A stretch of DNA of 64,000 bases from positions 2,017,443-2,081,442 of the forward strand of contig OZ260085.1 of NCBI GenBank assembly GCA_965284445.1, given 5' to 3'. The notes below the pieces were generated by a model, which ran no database searches, had not been told where the DNA came from, and saw nothing but the letters and a program-made list of their open reading frames with translations. This DNA comes from Crocinitomicaceae bacterium. Lineage in GTDB: Bacteria > Bacteroidota > Bacteroidia > Flavobacteriales_D > Crocinitomicaceae. Positions within the stretch are counted from its first letter, which is position 1, and each line of letters starts with the position of its first letter. Of this stretch, positions 28,195 through 37,076 are shown piece by piece. A program made the translations under genes and the position numbers.

Positions 28195-28935
28195 ATGGAT
28201 ATATTTTCGCAAATTGATTTAACCAAATCGCCAAAACACATTGCTATCATCATGGATGGTAACGGGAGATGGGCAAAAAAACAAGGTCAGGAACGCTTGT
28301 TTGGTCATTCTATTGGCGTTGATTCTGTTAGAGACACATTGAGCGCTGCAAAGAAAATTGGCGTAAAATATGTCACTTTTTATGCATTTTCAACCGAAAA
28401 CTGGGGAAGACCTCAAGATGAAGTTGAAGGACTAATGGACTTGATGGTAAAAACAATTGCCAACGAAGTCCCTGCAATGAATGAAAATGGCGCAAAATTA
28501 TGGAGTATTGGTGACGTTGAAGGTTTACCTCAAGATTGCCAAGATGAACTTCGAATTGCCAAAGAAAAAACTGCACAAAATACAACTATCAATATGATTC
28601 TTGCATTGAACTACAGTTCAAGATGGGAAATCACCGAGGCAATCAAAAATATTGCACAAAAAATTGAAAATGGTTCGATGAAATCTTCTGACATTAATGA
28701 AAAACTCATCAATGAAGAGATGAACACACAACATTTTCCAGATCCAGAATTGTTAATTAGAACCAGCGGTGAACAAAGATTAAGTAATTTCCTCCTATGG
28801 CAAATGGCTTACACTGAATTTTATTTTACCGACGTTTTATGGCCAGATTTTAGAGAAGAAGACCTTTTCAAAGCGGTACTTGAATATCAACAAAGAGAAA
28901 GAAGATTCGGTCAAGTATCCGAACAACTAATTTAA
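28195..28935 (+). CDS. uppS: Undecaprenyl-diphosphate synthase (isoprenyl transferase)
   Basis: IMDGNGRWA, YAFSTENW and RTSGEQRLSNFLLWQ. Confidence 0.92.
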   Translation: MDIFSQIDLTKSPKHIAIIMDGNGRWAKKQGQERLFGHSIGVDSVRDTLSAAKKIGVKYVTFYAFSTENWGRPQDEVEGLMDLMVKTIANEVPAMNENGAKLWSIGDVEGLPQDCQDELRIAKEKTAQNTTINMILALNYSSRWEITEAIKNIAQKIENGSMKSSDINEKLINEEMNTQHFPDPELLIRTSGEQRLSNFLLWQMAYTEFYFTDVLWPDFREEDLFKAVLEYQQRERRFGQVSEQLI

Positions 28936-28940
28936 CTTGC

Positions 28941-31511
28941 ATGAATAAATATTTTAAATTTATTATTTTCAGCATATGCTGTCTAAGCCAAATCAATACT
29001 TTTGGTCAAATTGACACGCTAAAATCTACTACTGGTCCTACTTCTATTGGCGGAACCACCATCAATTTTCAAGAACCAAAGGAATATGAAATTGGACCAA
29101 TTCGAATTGAAGGAGCTGATAATTATGATCATCAAGCAATTAAATTAATCGCTGGACTTCGTCAAGGTCAGAATATCAATATTCCTGGTGAAAAAATTGC
29201 CAAAGCCATCCAAAATCTTTGGAATGAAGGTATCTTCTCAGATGTAGAAATTTATGCTGACAAAGAAGTTGCAGGAATTATTTACCTCGTTATTGCAGTT
29301 ACCCCTCGACCAAAACTTTCTCGTTTCAAATTCAAAGGTGTTAACAAAAGAGAAGCTGATAAAATCAGAGAAGAAATCTCTTTATACTCTGGTAAAACAA
29401 TTACTGAAAACCTTGTATTCACAACGCAAAACAGAATCAAGGGATATTTTAGAGAAAAAGGATTTTATGCTGCAACTGTCGAAATAAGAAGGCAAGCAGA
29501 TAGTTTAATGAACAATTCTGAAATCTTTTTAATCAATATAAACAAAGGCAAAAAAGTTAAAATTGGAGAATTAGTCATCGAAGGAAACGAATCAATTCCA
29601 ACTTGGAAATTGAAAATGGCGATGAAAGATACCAAAAAGAAAGCGCCTTGGCACGTCTTCAAAAAATCTAAATTTTCACAATCTGCTTATGAAAGAGACC
29701 AACAAGCGGTAATTGCAAAGTTCAATGCTATCGGATTAAGAGATGCTGTAATTTCTTTTGATACTGTTTACCAAAAAGACGATAAAAATCTTGCCATTAA
29801 AATGGTGATTCAAGAAGGAAATAAATATCTTTTTGGAGACATTGAATGGATTGGAAACACCAAATTTAGAACAGGTTATTTAGATACGATTCTTGGAATT
29901 AAATACGGTGATGTTTATAACAAAACATTACTAGACCAAAGACTAAACATGAGTCAGGATGGTAGAGATATCTCATCTTTGTACATGGACCGAGGATACC
30001 TTTTCTTCCAAATCAATGCGGTAGAAAAAAATGTGAAAGACAATCATATTTCATATCAAATGAGAATTATTGAAGGCAAGGAAGCTCGCAATAAAAACAT
30101 CATTATTAAAGGAAATACAAAAACAAACGAACATGTTATCAGACGAGAATTGAGATTCAAGCCTGGCGATTTATTCAACAGAAATGACATCATTCGTTCA
30201 CAACGTGAATTGTCTCAATTAGGATATTTCAATGATCAAGCCTTGCAATTTGTACCGATTCCAAACCCTCAAGATGGAACGGTAGATTTAGAAGTAACGG
30301 TTGAAGAAAAATCTTCAGATCAAATTGAACTATCTGGAGGATATGGTGCAGGACGTGTCATTGGAACTTTGGGTTTAACATTCAATAATTTTTCAATAAA
30401 AAATGTAACCAAAAAAGGTTCTTGGTCGCCACTTCCAGCTGGAGATGGACAACGACTTTCTATCCGGGGTCAAACGAATGGTAGATATTATCAAGGTTAT
30501 AACTTTTCATTCACTGAACCATGGTTAGGTGGAAAAAAACCAAACTCTTTTTCATTCTGGGTAAATCATACTTCTTATTCTTCAACAGGATTGGCAAGAT
30601 CAAATGAAAATTACAGTGGTGTTGGAATTTCAGGAATCGGTGTTGGATTAGGTCGACGTAAAAAAATTCCAGATGATTATTTTAGTGCTTATTATGAATT
30701 AGCATATCAATATTATGATGTTCAAAAATATGCGATATTCGCAAATTTACCAACAGGATATGCAAACGATATCAGCTTGAAATATGTTTTACAAAGAAAC
30801 TCTGTAAACGTTCCAATTTATCCTACAGAAGGTTCTCACTTGACTTTTACAGCTAAAGGTTCACTTCCCTATTCAGCGTTTGAAAAAGGAGTTGATTATT
30901 CTACTCAAACTGCTCAAGAGCGATACAAATACTTGGAATATTACAAATTGAAATTTACCGGTGAATGGTTTTTCCCGTTGACGAATGATAAAAAATTGGT
31001 TTTAATGCCAAGAATTGGATTTGGTTTTATGGGTGCTTACAAACAGTCTAAAGGACTCTCTCCTTTCGAAAGATACAACATGGGAGGAAGTGGATTAACA
31101 GGAGTAAATTCATTTGGTGGTCGTGAAATCATTGCATTGAGAGGTTATGAGGATAACACACTTTCAAATACATCTGGAGATCCTATTGTTGCAAAATATA
31201 CCATTGAATTGCGTTATCCAATTTCTTTGAATCCACAAGCAACATTTTATGTGTTAGGTTTTGGAGAAGCAGGAAATACCTTCCCAACATTGGCGAAATT
31301 CAATCCTTTCAATGTGAAAAGATCTGCAGGTGTAGGTATTCGCGTTTTCCTACCAATGTTCGGTATGCTTGGATTAGATTACGGTTGGGGCTTCGACAAG
31401 TTAGATCCAAATGCTTCTGGCTATGGTAAAGCGTCAGATATTGGAATATCACAAAAAGGATACTATGGAAAATTAAATTTCACCATAGGAATGAACTTGG
31501 GTGAATTATAA
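28941..31511 (+). CDS. bamA: Outer membrane protein assembly factor BamA
   Basis: POTRA repeats plus a C-terminal Omp85 barrel. 856 aa. The uppS-bamA-skp synteny supports the call. Confidence 0.92.
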   Translation: MNKYFKFIIFSICCLSQINTFGQIDTLKSTTGPTSIGGTTINFQEPKEYEIGPIRIEGADNYDHQAIKLIAGLRQGQNINIPGEKIAKAIQNLWNEGIFSDVEIYADKEVAGIIYLVIAVTPRPKLSRFKFKGVNKREADKIREEISLYSGKTITENLVFTTQNRIKGYFREKGFYAATVEIRRQADSLMNNSEIFLININKGKKVKIGELVIEGNESIPTWKLKMAMKDTKKKAPWHVFKKSKFSQSAYERDQQAVIAKFNAIGLRDAVISFDTVYQKDDKNLAIKMVIQEGNKYLFGDIEWIGNTKFRTGYLDTILGIKYGDVYNKTLLDQRLNMSQDGRDISSLYMDRGYLFFQINAVEKNVKDNHISYQMRIIEGKEARNKNIIIKGNTKTNEHVIRRELRFKPGDLFNRNDIIRSQRELSQLGYFNDQALQFVPIPNPQDGTVDLEVTVEEKSSDQIELSGGYGAGRVIGTLGLTFNNFSIKNVTKKGSWSPLPAGDGQRLSIRGQTNGRYYQGYNFSFTEPWLGGKKPNSFSFWVNHTSYSSTGLARSNENYSGVGISGIGVGLGRRKKIPDDYFSAYYELAYQYYDVQKYAIFANLPTGYANDISLKYVLQRNSVNVPIYPTEGSHLTFTAKGSLPYSAFEKGVDYSTQTAQERYKYLEYYKLKFTGEWFFPLTNDKKLVLMPRIGFGFMGAYKQSKGLSPFERYNMGGSGLTGVNSFGGREIIALRGYEDNTLSNTSGDPIVAKYTIELRYPISLNPQATFYVLGFGEAGNTFPTLAKFNPFNVKRSAGVGIRVFLPMFGMLGLDYGWGFDKLDPNASGYGKASDIGISQKGYYGKLNFTIGMNLGEL

Positions 31512-31546
31512 TTAAATAGGCTATTTTTCAATCACAATAAAAACAT

Positions 31547-31554
31547 TATATTTG
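31547..31554 (+). promoter_or_regulatory. -7 box TATATTTG ahead of the first skp/ompH gene
   Basis: Exact TAnnTTTG, 25 nt upstream of the ATG at 31579. Confidence 0.4.
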
Positions 31555-31578
31555 GCGTTTTTGTTGCAAAATAAAATT

Positions 31579-32103
31579 ATGAAGACATACATTTTCGCTT
31601 TACTTTTGATTTTTGGCACATCGTTTGTCAGCTCAGCTCAGAAGTATGGATATATCGATTCAGACTACATTTTGGGAAACGTTCCAGAATATGCTGAAGC
31701 GAAAGCCAAACTAGATAAGTTGGCAGAACGCTGGACAAAAGAAATTGAAGATCGTTACGATGTCTTGAAAAAAAAGAAAGAAGCATTTGCGCGTGAAGAA
31801 GTTTTGCTTCCAGCTGAAGAGAAAAAAAAGCGTTCTGAAGAAATTGAAAAATTAGAAACAGAAGCCATGGAAATGCAAAAAATGAGATTTGGAGTTGCCG
31901 GCGACTATTTTCAAAAAAGACAAGAATTGATTAAACCAATTCAAGATAAAGTATTTGAAGCGATGCAAAAAGTAGCATCAAACAAAAATTTCAGTTTTAT
32001 CTTCGACAAAGCAAACCAAAGCAATCTGATTTATGCAGATGATAAATTTGATTTGAGTGATGATGTTCTGAAAGAAATGGGTGTAAAACCTAACAATAAA
32101 TAG
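31579..32103 (+). CDS. OmpH/Skp family periplasmic chaperone 1
   Basis: Signal peptide MKTYIFALLLIFGTSFVSSAQ, a coiled-coil Lys/Glu-rich body, and the position after bamA. Start trimmed from the TTG at 31552. Confidence 0.8.
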   Translation: MKTYIFALLLIFGTSFVSSAQKYGYIDSDYILGNVPEYAEAKAKLDKLAERWTKEIEDRYDVLKKKKEAFAREEVLLPAEEKKKRSEEIEKLETEAMEMQKMRFGVAGDYFQKRQELIKPIQDKVFEAMQKVASNKNFSFIFDKANQSNLIYADDKFDLSDDVLKEMGVKPNNK

Positions 32104-32130
32104 TAATAAGAAAAATAAACAAAAAGAGAA

Positions 32131-32649
32131 ATGAAAAAGTTATTGGTTGCGTTGATGGTAATAATGTCTGCTGGGGCATTGAATGCACAAGTGAAAATGG
32201 GACATATTAATTCATCTAAATTGTTGGATACATTGCCTTCAAGAAAAGAAGCAATTAAAACTTTAGAAGATTTTGGTGCTGCAGGTGAAAAAGAATTGCA
32301 AGAAAAAGAGGCAGATTTTCAAAAAGCATATAACAAATACTTGGCTGAAAGAGAAAAATTAAGCCCTGTTATGCGTCAATATGAAGAAGAAAGATTGCAA
32401 AAGAAACAACAAGAATTACAAACTTTAGAGCAAGATTTGCAACAAAGAATGTCAATCATGAGCAATGATTTAAATGCTCCAATCTTGAAAAGAATGCAAA
32501 AAGCAGTTGACATTGTTGCTGAAAGAAGAAAATTGAATTACATCATCGATGAATCTCAAGCAATCTATTTCAAAGGAGGTTTAGATTTAACAAATGAAGT
32601 GATGATTGAATTACTTCGTTTAGATGCTGAGGAAACTAAAGTCAAATAA
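32131..32649 (+). CDS. OmpH/Skp family periplasmic chaperone 2
   Basis: Signal peptide plus coiled coil. Paralog of the preceding gene. Confidence 0.8.
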   Translation: MKKLLVALMVIMSAGALNAQVKMGHINSSKLLDTLPSRKEAIKTLEDFGAAGEKELQEKEADFQKAYNKYLAEREKLSPVMRQYEEERLQKKQQELQTLEQDLQQRMSIMSNDLNAPILKRMQKAVDIVAERRKLNYIIDESQAIYFKGGLDLTNEVMIELLRLDAEETKVK

Positions 32650-32670
32650 GAACATTGATTTTTCATATTG

Positions 32671-32698
32671 AAGGCGGTCATTTTGATCGCCTTTTTTT
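32671..32698 (+). terminator. Intrinsic terminator after skp2
   Basis: AAGGCGGTCA-ttt-TGATCGCCTT followed by TTTTT. Confidence 0.6.
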
Positions 32699-32724
32699 AT
32701 TAACTTTAACCAAGAAATTGGCAA

Positions 32725-33552
32725 ATGAATAAACTCAATCCTATAGGTGTTTTTGATTCTGGTTATGGTGGTCTCACTATTCTAACCGAATTACAGCATA
32801 AAATGCCAGACTATGATTTTCTTTATTTGGGCGACAATGCAAGAGCACCTTACGGACCAAGATCGTTTGATGTTGTTTACGAATTCACATTGGAAGCAGT
32901 ACAATATCTTTTCAATCAGGGTTGCGAATTAGTGATACTTGCATGCAACACCGCTTCTGCAAAAGCACTGCGAACAATACAACAAAAAGATTTACCGCTC
33001 CTATTCCCTTCAAAACGAGTATTGGGTGTAATCAGACCAAGTACTGAAGCAATTGGAGAATTAACTCATACAAATCACGTTGGTATTCTAGCTACAGAAG
33101 GAACGGTTAAATCGGAATCTTACGTAATTGAAATCGGGAAATTTTCACCCAATACGATTGTTAGCCAACATGCTTGCCCGATTTGGGTTCCACTTATTGA
33201 AAACAATAAACAATTCACAGAAGCAGGAAAAATGTTTATAAAGGAAGATGTAGAAAGTTTACTTCAAAAAGACGAACAAATCGATACGATTATTTTGGCT
33301 TGCACGCACTACCCTATCTTAAAAGACTACATTCAGTCCATTGTTCCCAATAATGTTAGAATTGTTGCACAAGGAGCAATTATCGCTGATAAATTAGAAG
33401 ATTATCTAATTAGACATCCGGAAATTGAAAGCAAATGTTCTAAAAATGGTTCAACGAGGTATTTAACAACTGAAAATGAACTGATTTTTAACCAAAATGC
33501 ATCAAGATTACTGAATAAAAATATTATTTCAGAACATATAAAATTACTTTAA
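32725..33552 (+). CDS. murI: Glutamate racemase
   Basis: GVFDSGYGGLT, the first catalytic Cys in LACNTAS and the second in LACTHYP. Confidence 0.9.
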   Translation: MNKLNPIGVFDSGYGGLTILTELQHKMPDYDFLYLGDNARAPYGPRSFDVVYEFTLEAVQYLFNQGCELVILACNTASAKALRTIQQKDLPLLFPSKRVLGVIRPSTEAIGELTHTNHVGILATEGTVKSESYVIEIGKFSPNTIVSQHACPIWVPLIENNKQFTEAGKMFIKEDVESLLQKDEQIDTIILACTHYPILKDYIQSIVPNNVRIVAQGAIIADKLEDYLIRHPEIESKCSKNGSTRYLTTENELIFNQNASRLLNKNIISEHIKLL

Positions 33553-33576
33553 TCTAACACTTTAAATTTCAGTAAC

Positions 33577-34482
33577 ATGAAAAATTATTTCGTTCATTTA
33601 ACATTTGCAGGCTTAATTTCATTGCTTGTTGCTTGTGCTCCAATTTACAAATGCGGAGAAAATGCTCCATCAAAATTGAAAGGAAGTAAAAGGATGAAAG
33701 CGTTGACATTGGAAAGAGATTCACTTTGTAGAATGAATGCATTGAAAGACGCCCACAATGACACTTTAGTTAAACAAATTTCAAGTTTAGAAATTAAAAC
33801 CAATGAACTTGAAAATCAAAAATCTGATTTGGAAGGAAAATACAATGATTTATTTAATGAGAATATTTCTCAATCAGAAAAATACAGCGCAACATTAAAA
33901 CAAAAATCTGACGAACTCAACAACAAAGAGAAATTACTTGTTGAAAGAGAAAAAGCACTGAAAGAAATGAAGTCTATCATTTCAAGACAAGATTCTATCA
34001 CCAAAAGATTGAATGATGTTCTGAGAAATGCACTTTTAGGATTTAAATCTGATGAACTATCTGTAGAAATCAAAAACGGAAAAGTATATGTCTCTTTATC
34101 AGATAAATTACTTTTTAAATCAGGCAGCGCATCAGTGGAAGAAAAAGGAAAACAAGCCATCAAATTGTTGGCGGATGTTTTGCAAAAAAATCCAGACATC
34201 GATATTTTGATTGAAGGCCATACAGACAACGACCCAATAAAAACTGCTGTTTATAAAGACAATTGGGACTTAAGTGTGGGTCGAGCAACAACCATTGTTC
34301 GAATCTTAACTGAAGATTACAAAATTCTTCCAACACGCATGACCGCTTCAGGAAAAGGTGAATTTTCACCAAAAGCAAGCAATGAAACTGCTGAAGGAAA
34401 AGCCAAAAATCGAAGAACTGAAATCATCTTATCACCAAAACTAGATGAGATCATGCAATTACTAAATAACGGAAAAAAATAA
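33577..34482 (+). CDS. OmpA/MotB-family lipoprotein with long coiled coil
   Basis: Lipobox LLVAC. C-terminal OmpA domain (LIEGHTDNDPI, WDLSVGRA, NRRTEIIL). Confidence 0.8.
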   Translation: MKNYFVHLTFAGLISLLVACAPIYKCGENAPSKLKGSKRMKALTLERDSLCRMNALKDAHNDTLVKQISSLEIKTNELENQKSDLEGKYNDLFNENISQSEKYSATLKQKSDELNNKEKLLVEREKALKEMKSIISRQDSITKRLNDVLRNALLGFKSDELSVEIKNGKVYVSLSDKLLFKSGSASVEEKGKQAIKLLADVLQKNPDIDILIEGHTDNDPIKTAVYKDNWDLSVGRATTIVRILTEDYKILPTRMTASGKGEFSPKASNETAEGKAKNRRTEIILSPKLDEIMQLLNNGKK

Positions 34483-34508
34483 GTTTTACAGTTTATTCAG
34501 TAGTTAAG

Positions 34509-34997
34509 ATGATTCACGAGGATTGCATTGAAATATACACAGATGGCGCAGCCAAAGGAAATCCTGGTCCTGGTGGTTTCGGTACAATCTTGCGATTTAA
34601 AGGACAAGAAAAAGAATTTTCTCAAGGATTTAGGCGAACAACCAACAATCGAATGGAACTTTTAGCATTGATTGTTGGATTAGAGGCAATTAAATCGGAT
34701 CAATATGCAATCAAGATTTTTTCTGATTCCAAATATGTTGTAGATTCAATTTCACAAGGATGGGTATTCGGTTGGCAAAAGAAAGGTTTTAAAGACAAAA
34801 AAAATCCTGATTTATGGCAACGCTATTTAAAGTTGCATCCTAAATTTAAGAAAATTGAAATCTTTTGGATAAAAGGTCACAACGGCCATCCAGAAAATGA
34901 AAGATGTGATGTTTTGGCTGTAAACGCAGCGGAATCAAAAAATCTTGAAATTGATACCTACTTCGAAGCTTCTGAAGAAAAATCAGGATTATTTTAG
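34509..34997 (+). CDS. rnhA: Ribonuclease HI
   Basis: IYTDGAAKGNPGPGGFG, NNRMEL, SDSKY and WIKGHNGHPENERCD. Confidence 0.92.
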   Translation: MIHEDCIEIYTDGAAKGNPGPGGFGTILRFKGQEKEFSQGFRRTTNNRMELLALIVGLEAIKSDQYAIKIFSDSKYVVDSISQGWVFGWQKKGFKDKKNPDLWQRYLKLHPKFKKIEIFWIKGHNGHPENERCDVLAVNAAESKNLEIDTYFEASEEKSGLF

Positions 34998-35683
34998 TTT
35001 ACATTTCCTGCCTGTTTCGAAATGCAAGCTTTGATAAATGTATAAACCAATGGATGAGGAATTTCTCTCGTGGAAGAAATTTGTGGACAAAAACCGCATG
35101 CTACAAAAAATGGGTATTTCTTCAAACTAATTATCTCTGCTTCTTCAAATTGATTGTACCCTTCAATGTCAATCAGTTCGCCCAGCAAATAGTTTAGCAA
35201 TTGCGGATATAAACTAAATCTGGATGAAGTCAATTCAATGGGTGAATGGTTTTCATATATCTTAATCAGCGCATCTGAATTTGGAACTACTTCAACGCGC
35301 TCAAATTGTTCTCCCTCCACCAAGTTGTCAGAAATCAATTTTTCCCCATTAGGATTTAAATTATAGCGATTTATGAGCACATCTATCAAAGATTTGAATC
35401 CATCTCCAGTAATAAATGTTGGCAATTTTGCTTGAACTACTTGATCAATGATTCCTGTTAAGAAAAAGATATTTTTGTAGGGTCCTGGACTAATCCAAAT
35501 TCCATCATATTCTTGAAATTGTTGCGTTTTAAATTGGGTAGCTTCCGCCAATTTAATCCAATAATAATTCACTTCAATTTCTAAGAATCTTCCTGCATGA
35601 TCCAAAGCTAAATTGGTCGCATGATGTGCGTTATAAGTGAAATTGAAATCTCCAATAATGGCTATTTTTAATACGTGACTCAT
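34994..35683 (-). CDS. Stand-alone CTP-synthase glutaminase-domain-like protein with substituted catalytic triad
   Basis: YPFFVACGFCPQISSTREIPHPLVYTFIKAC aligns with E. coli PyrG [31 protein letters not shown]. The GICLGMQ position reads ITGDGFK. Confidence 0.6.
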   Translation of the reverse strand: MSHVLKIAIIGDFNFTYNAHHATNLALDHAGRFLEIEVNYYWIKLAEATQFKTQQFQEYDGIWISPGPYKNIFFLTGIIDQVVQAKLPTFITGDGFKSLIDVLINRYNLNPNGEKLISDNLVEGEQFERVEVVPNSDALIKIYENHSPIELTSSRFSLYPQLLNYLLGELIDIEGYNQFEEAEIISLKKYPFFVACGFCPQISSTREIPHPLVYTFIKACISKQAGNVN

Positions 35684-35768
35684 CTACGCGCTTTTTCTAT
35701 GGCCTCAAAATACAAAAAATGCTGCTCATAGAAATGAACAGCATTAAAATATCTTGAAAAAGTTTCAT

Positions 35769-36440
35769 TTATCTTTTGTACCAACCTTTGAAAACACCAT
35801 TGTTTACAGGAAGCGATTGCTCAACATAAGTTGTATCTCCTACTGCAGGAGGATTACTTGGCGTAATAATTTGGAAGGTATGGTAAACTGTGCAATCAAA
35901 ATTTGCAACAAACTTAGAGTAATCACCAGTTTTATCTGATTCTTGAACAATATTTGTGAAATCGATTGTATTTGGATCAGTATCTTTTGTCAACCAAACG
36001 TCTCCGTTACCATCTCTATAAGCAACTTCGAAACCTGCAGTATTTGCACCTGTCAAAATAGCTCCAAGCGTGTAAGTTGGAGTTGGATTAGCAGTTAAAA
36101 AACCGTTAAAGATGGCCAAAGTTGGATCACTTGTAACATTTGCATCCCATTTCATTTGACCAATATTCAAACGCATAGCATTTAAATTATCTGATGATTT
36201 AATTTCAGAATAATAAACAGCTGAAGAAAGTCCTGAAGGAGGTACAATTTTAGATTTACTAGACTCCAAATAGACTCCGTCAACATTTTGAGTCCATTCC
36301 ACATCTGTACCATTGATAGTACCTGTAAAGTTACAAACCAATTCAACTTTTGGTTCTGGAGCAGGTATAACTTCGTGTTTAACACAACTAGCTAACGCAG
36401 CGATTACTAACGTAGAAGCAAGAATAGATTTTAATTTCAT
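35769..36440 (-). CDS. Hypothetical lipoprotein
   Basis: Lipobox AALASC after a signal peptide. No family recognised. Confidence 0.55.
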   Translation of the reverse strand: MKLKSILASTLVIAALASCVKHEVIPAPEPKVELVCNFTGTINGTDVEWTQNVDGVYLESSKSKIVPPSGLSSAVYYSEIKSSDNLNAMRLNIGQMKWDANVTSDPTLAIFNGFLTANPTPTYTLGAILTGANTAGFEVAYRDGNGDVWLTKDTDPNTIDFTNIVQESDKTGDYSKFVANFDCTVYHTFQIITPSNPPAVGDTTYVEQSLPVNNGVFKGWYKR

Positions 36441-36573
36441 AGTTTCAATAATTATTTACAAATTTTCCCGAAGGATATAATTCTTTCCAAATGTACAATT
36501 TTTTAGCTTTTGTACATCATTTTTATTGAAGAACGTATAAATTTAAAGAAGGTTGGTTATTTTTATTTATTTT

Positions 36574-36894
36574 TTAAGCACGAATTTGTCTGAATGCATT
36601 AGCAAATTCTACATTATCAATCCACAAGTCAGCCAGTTCAGTCTTTTGCAATTCTAAAGAGTAATATTCATGTCCATTTTGCATATCGAACCGATCAAAT
36701 GAATTCATCACATCTGTTTGGTCAGACAACTGTTGGATTCTTCCCATCAACTTATTTAAATCTGTATGATCAACCAACAATTCACTTCTAAAAGTTTGGT
36801 TTCCCTGAGAAATTTTACAATTTACATGTACTTCAAGACTTCCTGATTCAAACTGAATTGATTCGATGTTGATTTTGTCAAAAATTGCTCTCAT
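36574..36894 (-). CDS. Hypothetical small cytoplasmic protein (106 aa)
   Basis: ORF only. Isolated between AT-rich spacers. Confidence 0.4.
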   Translation of the reverse strand: MRAIFDKINIESIQFESGSLEVHVNCKISQGNQTFRSELLVDHTDLNKLMGRIQQLSDQTDVMNSFDRFDMQNGHEYYSLELQKTELADLWIDNVEFANAFRQIRA

Positions 36895-37028
36895 ATCTTT
36901 TAATTTTATGATACAAAGCTATGGTAGCAAAACGTAAGCTATTTACGGTCATCATAAATTAAAAAATAAATTTCAAAATAATTTTTTAATTCGAACTAAC
37001 TATCTATTTATCAAAATATAAAAAACAA

Positions 37029-37054
37029 AAAGAGGTGTCCTTTCGAACACCTCT
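37029..37054 (-). terminator. Intrinsic terminator after the TPR gene
   Basis: AAGAGGTGT-N8-ACACCTCTT. On the minus strand it is followed by TTTTTGTTTTTT. Confidence 0.7.
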
Positions 37055-37076
37055 TGAAAATTTAAATATCAACATT

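Noticed and set aside
33870-34378. Minus-strand ORFs of 119 aa and 72 aa
   Set aside because: They are antisense to the OmpA-family gene, whose C-terminal domain motifs are unambiguous.
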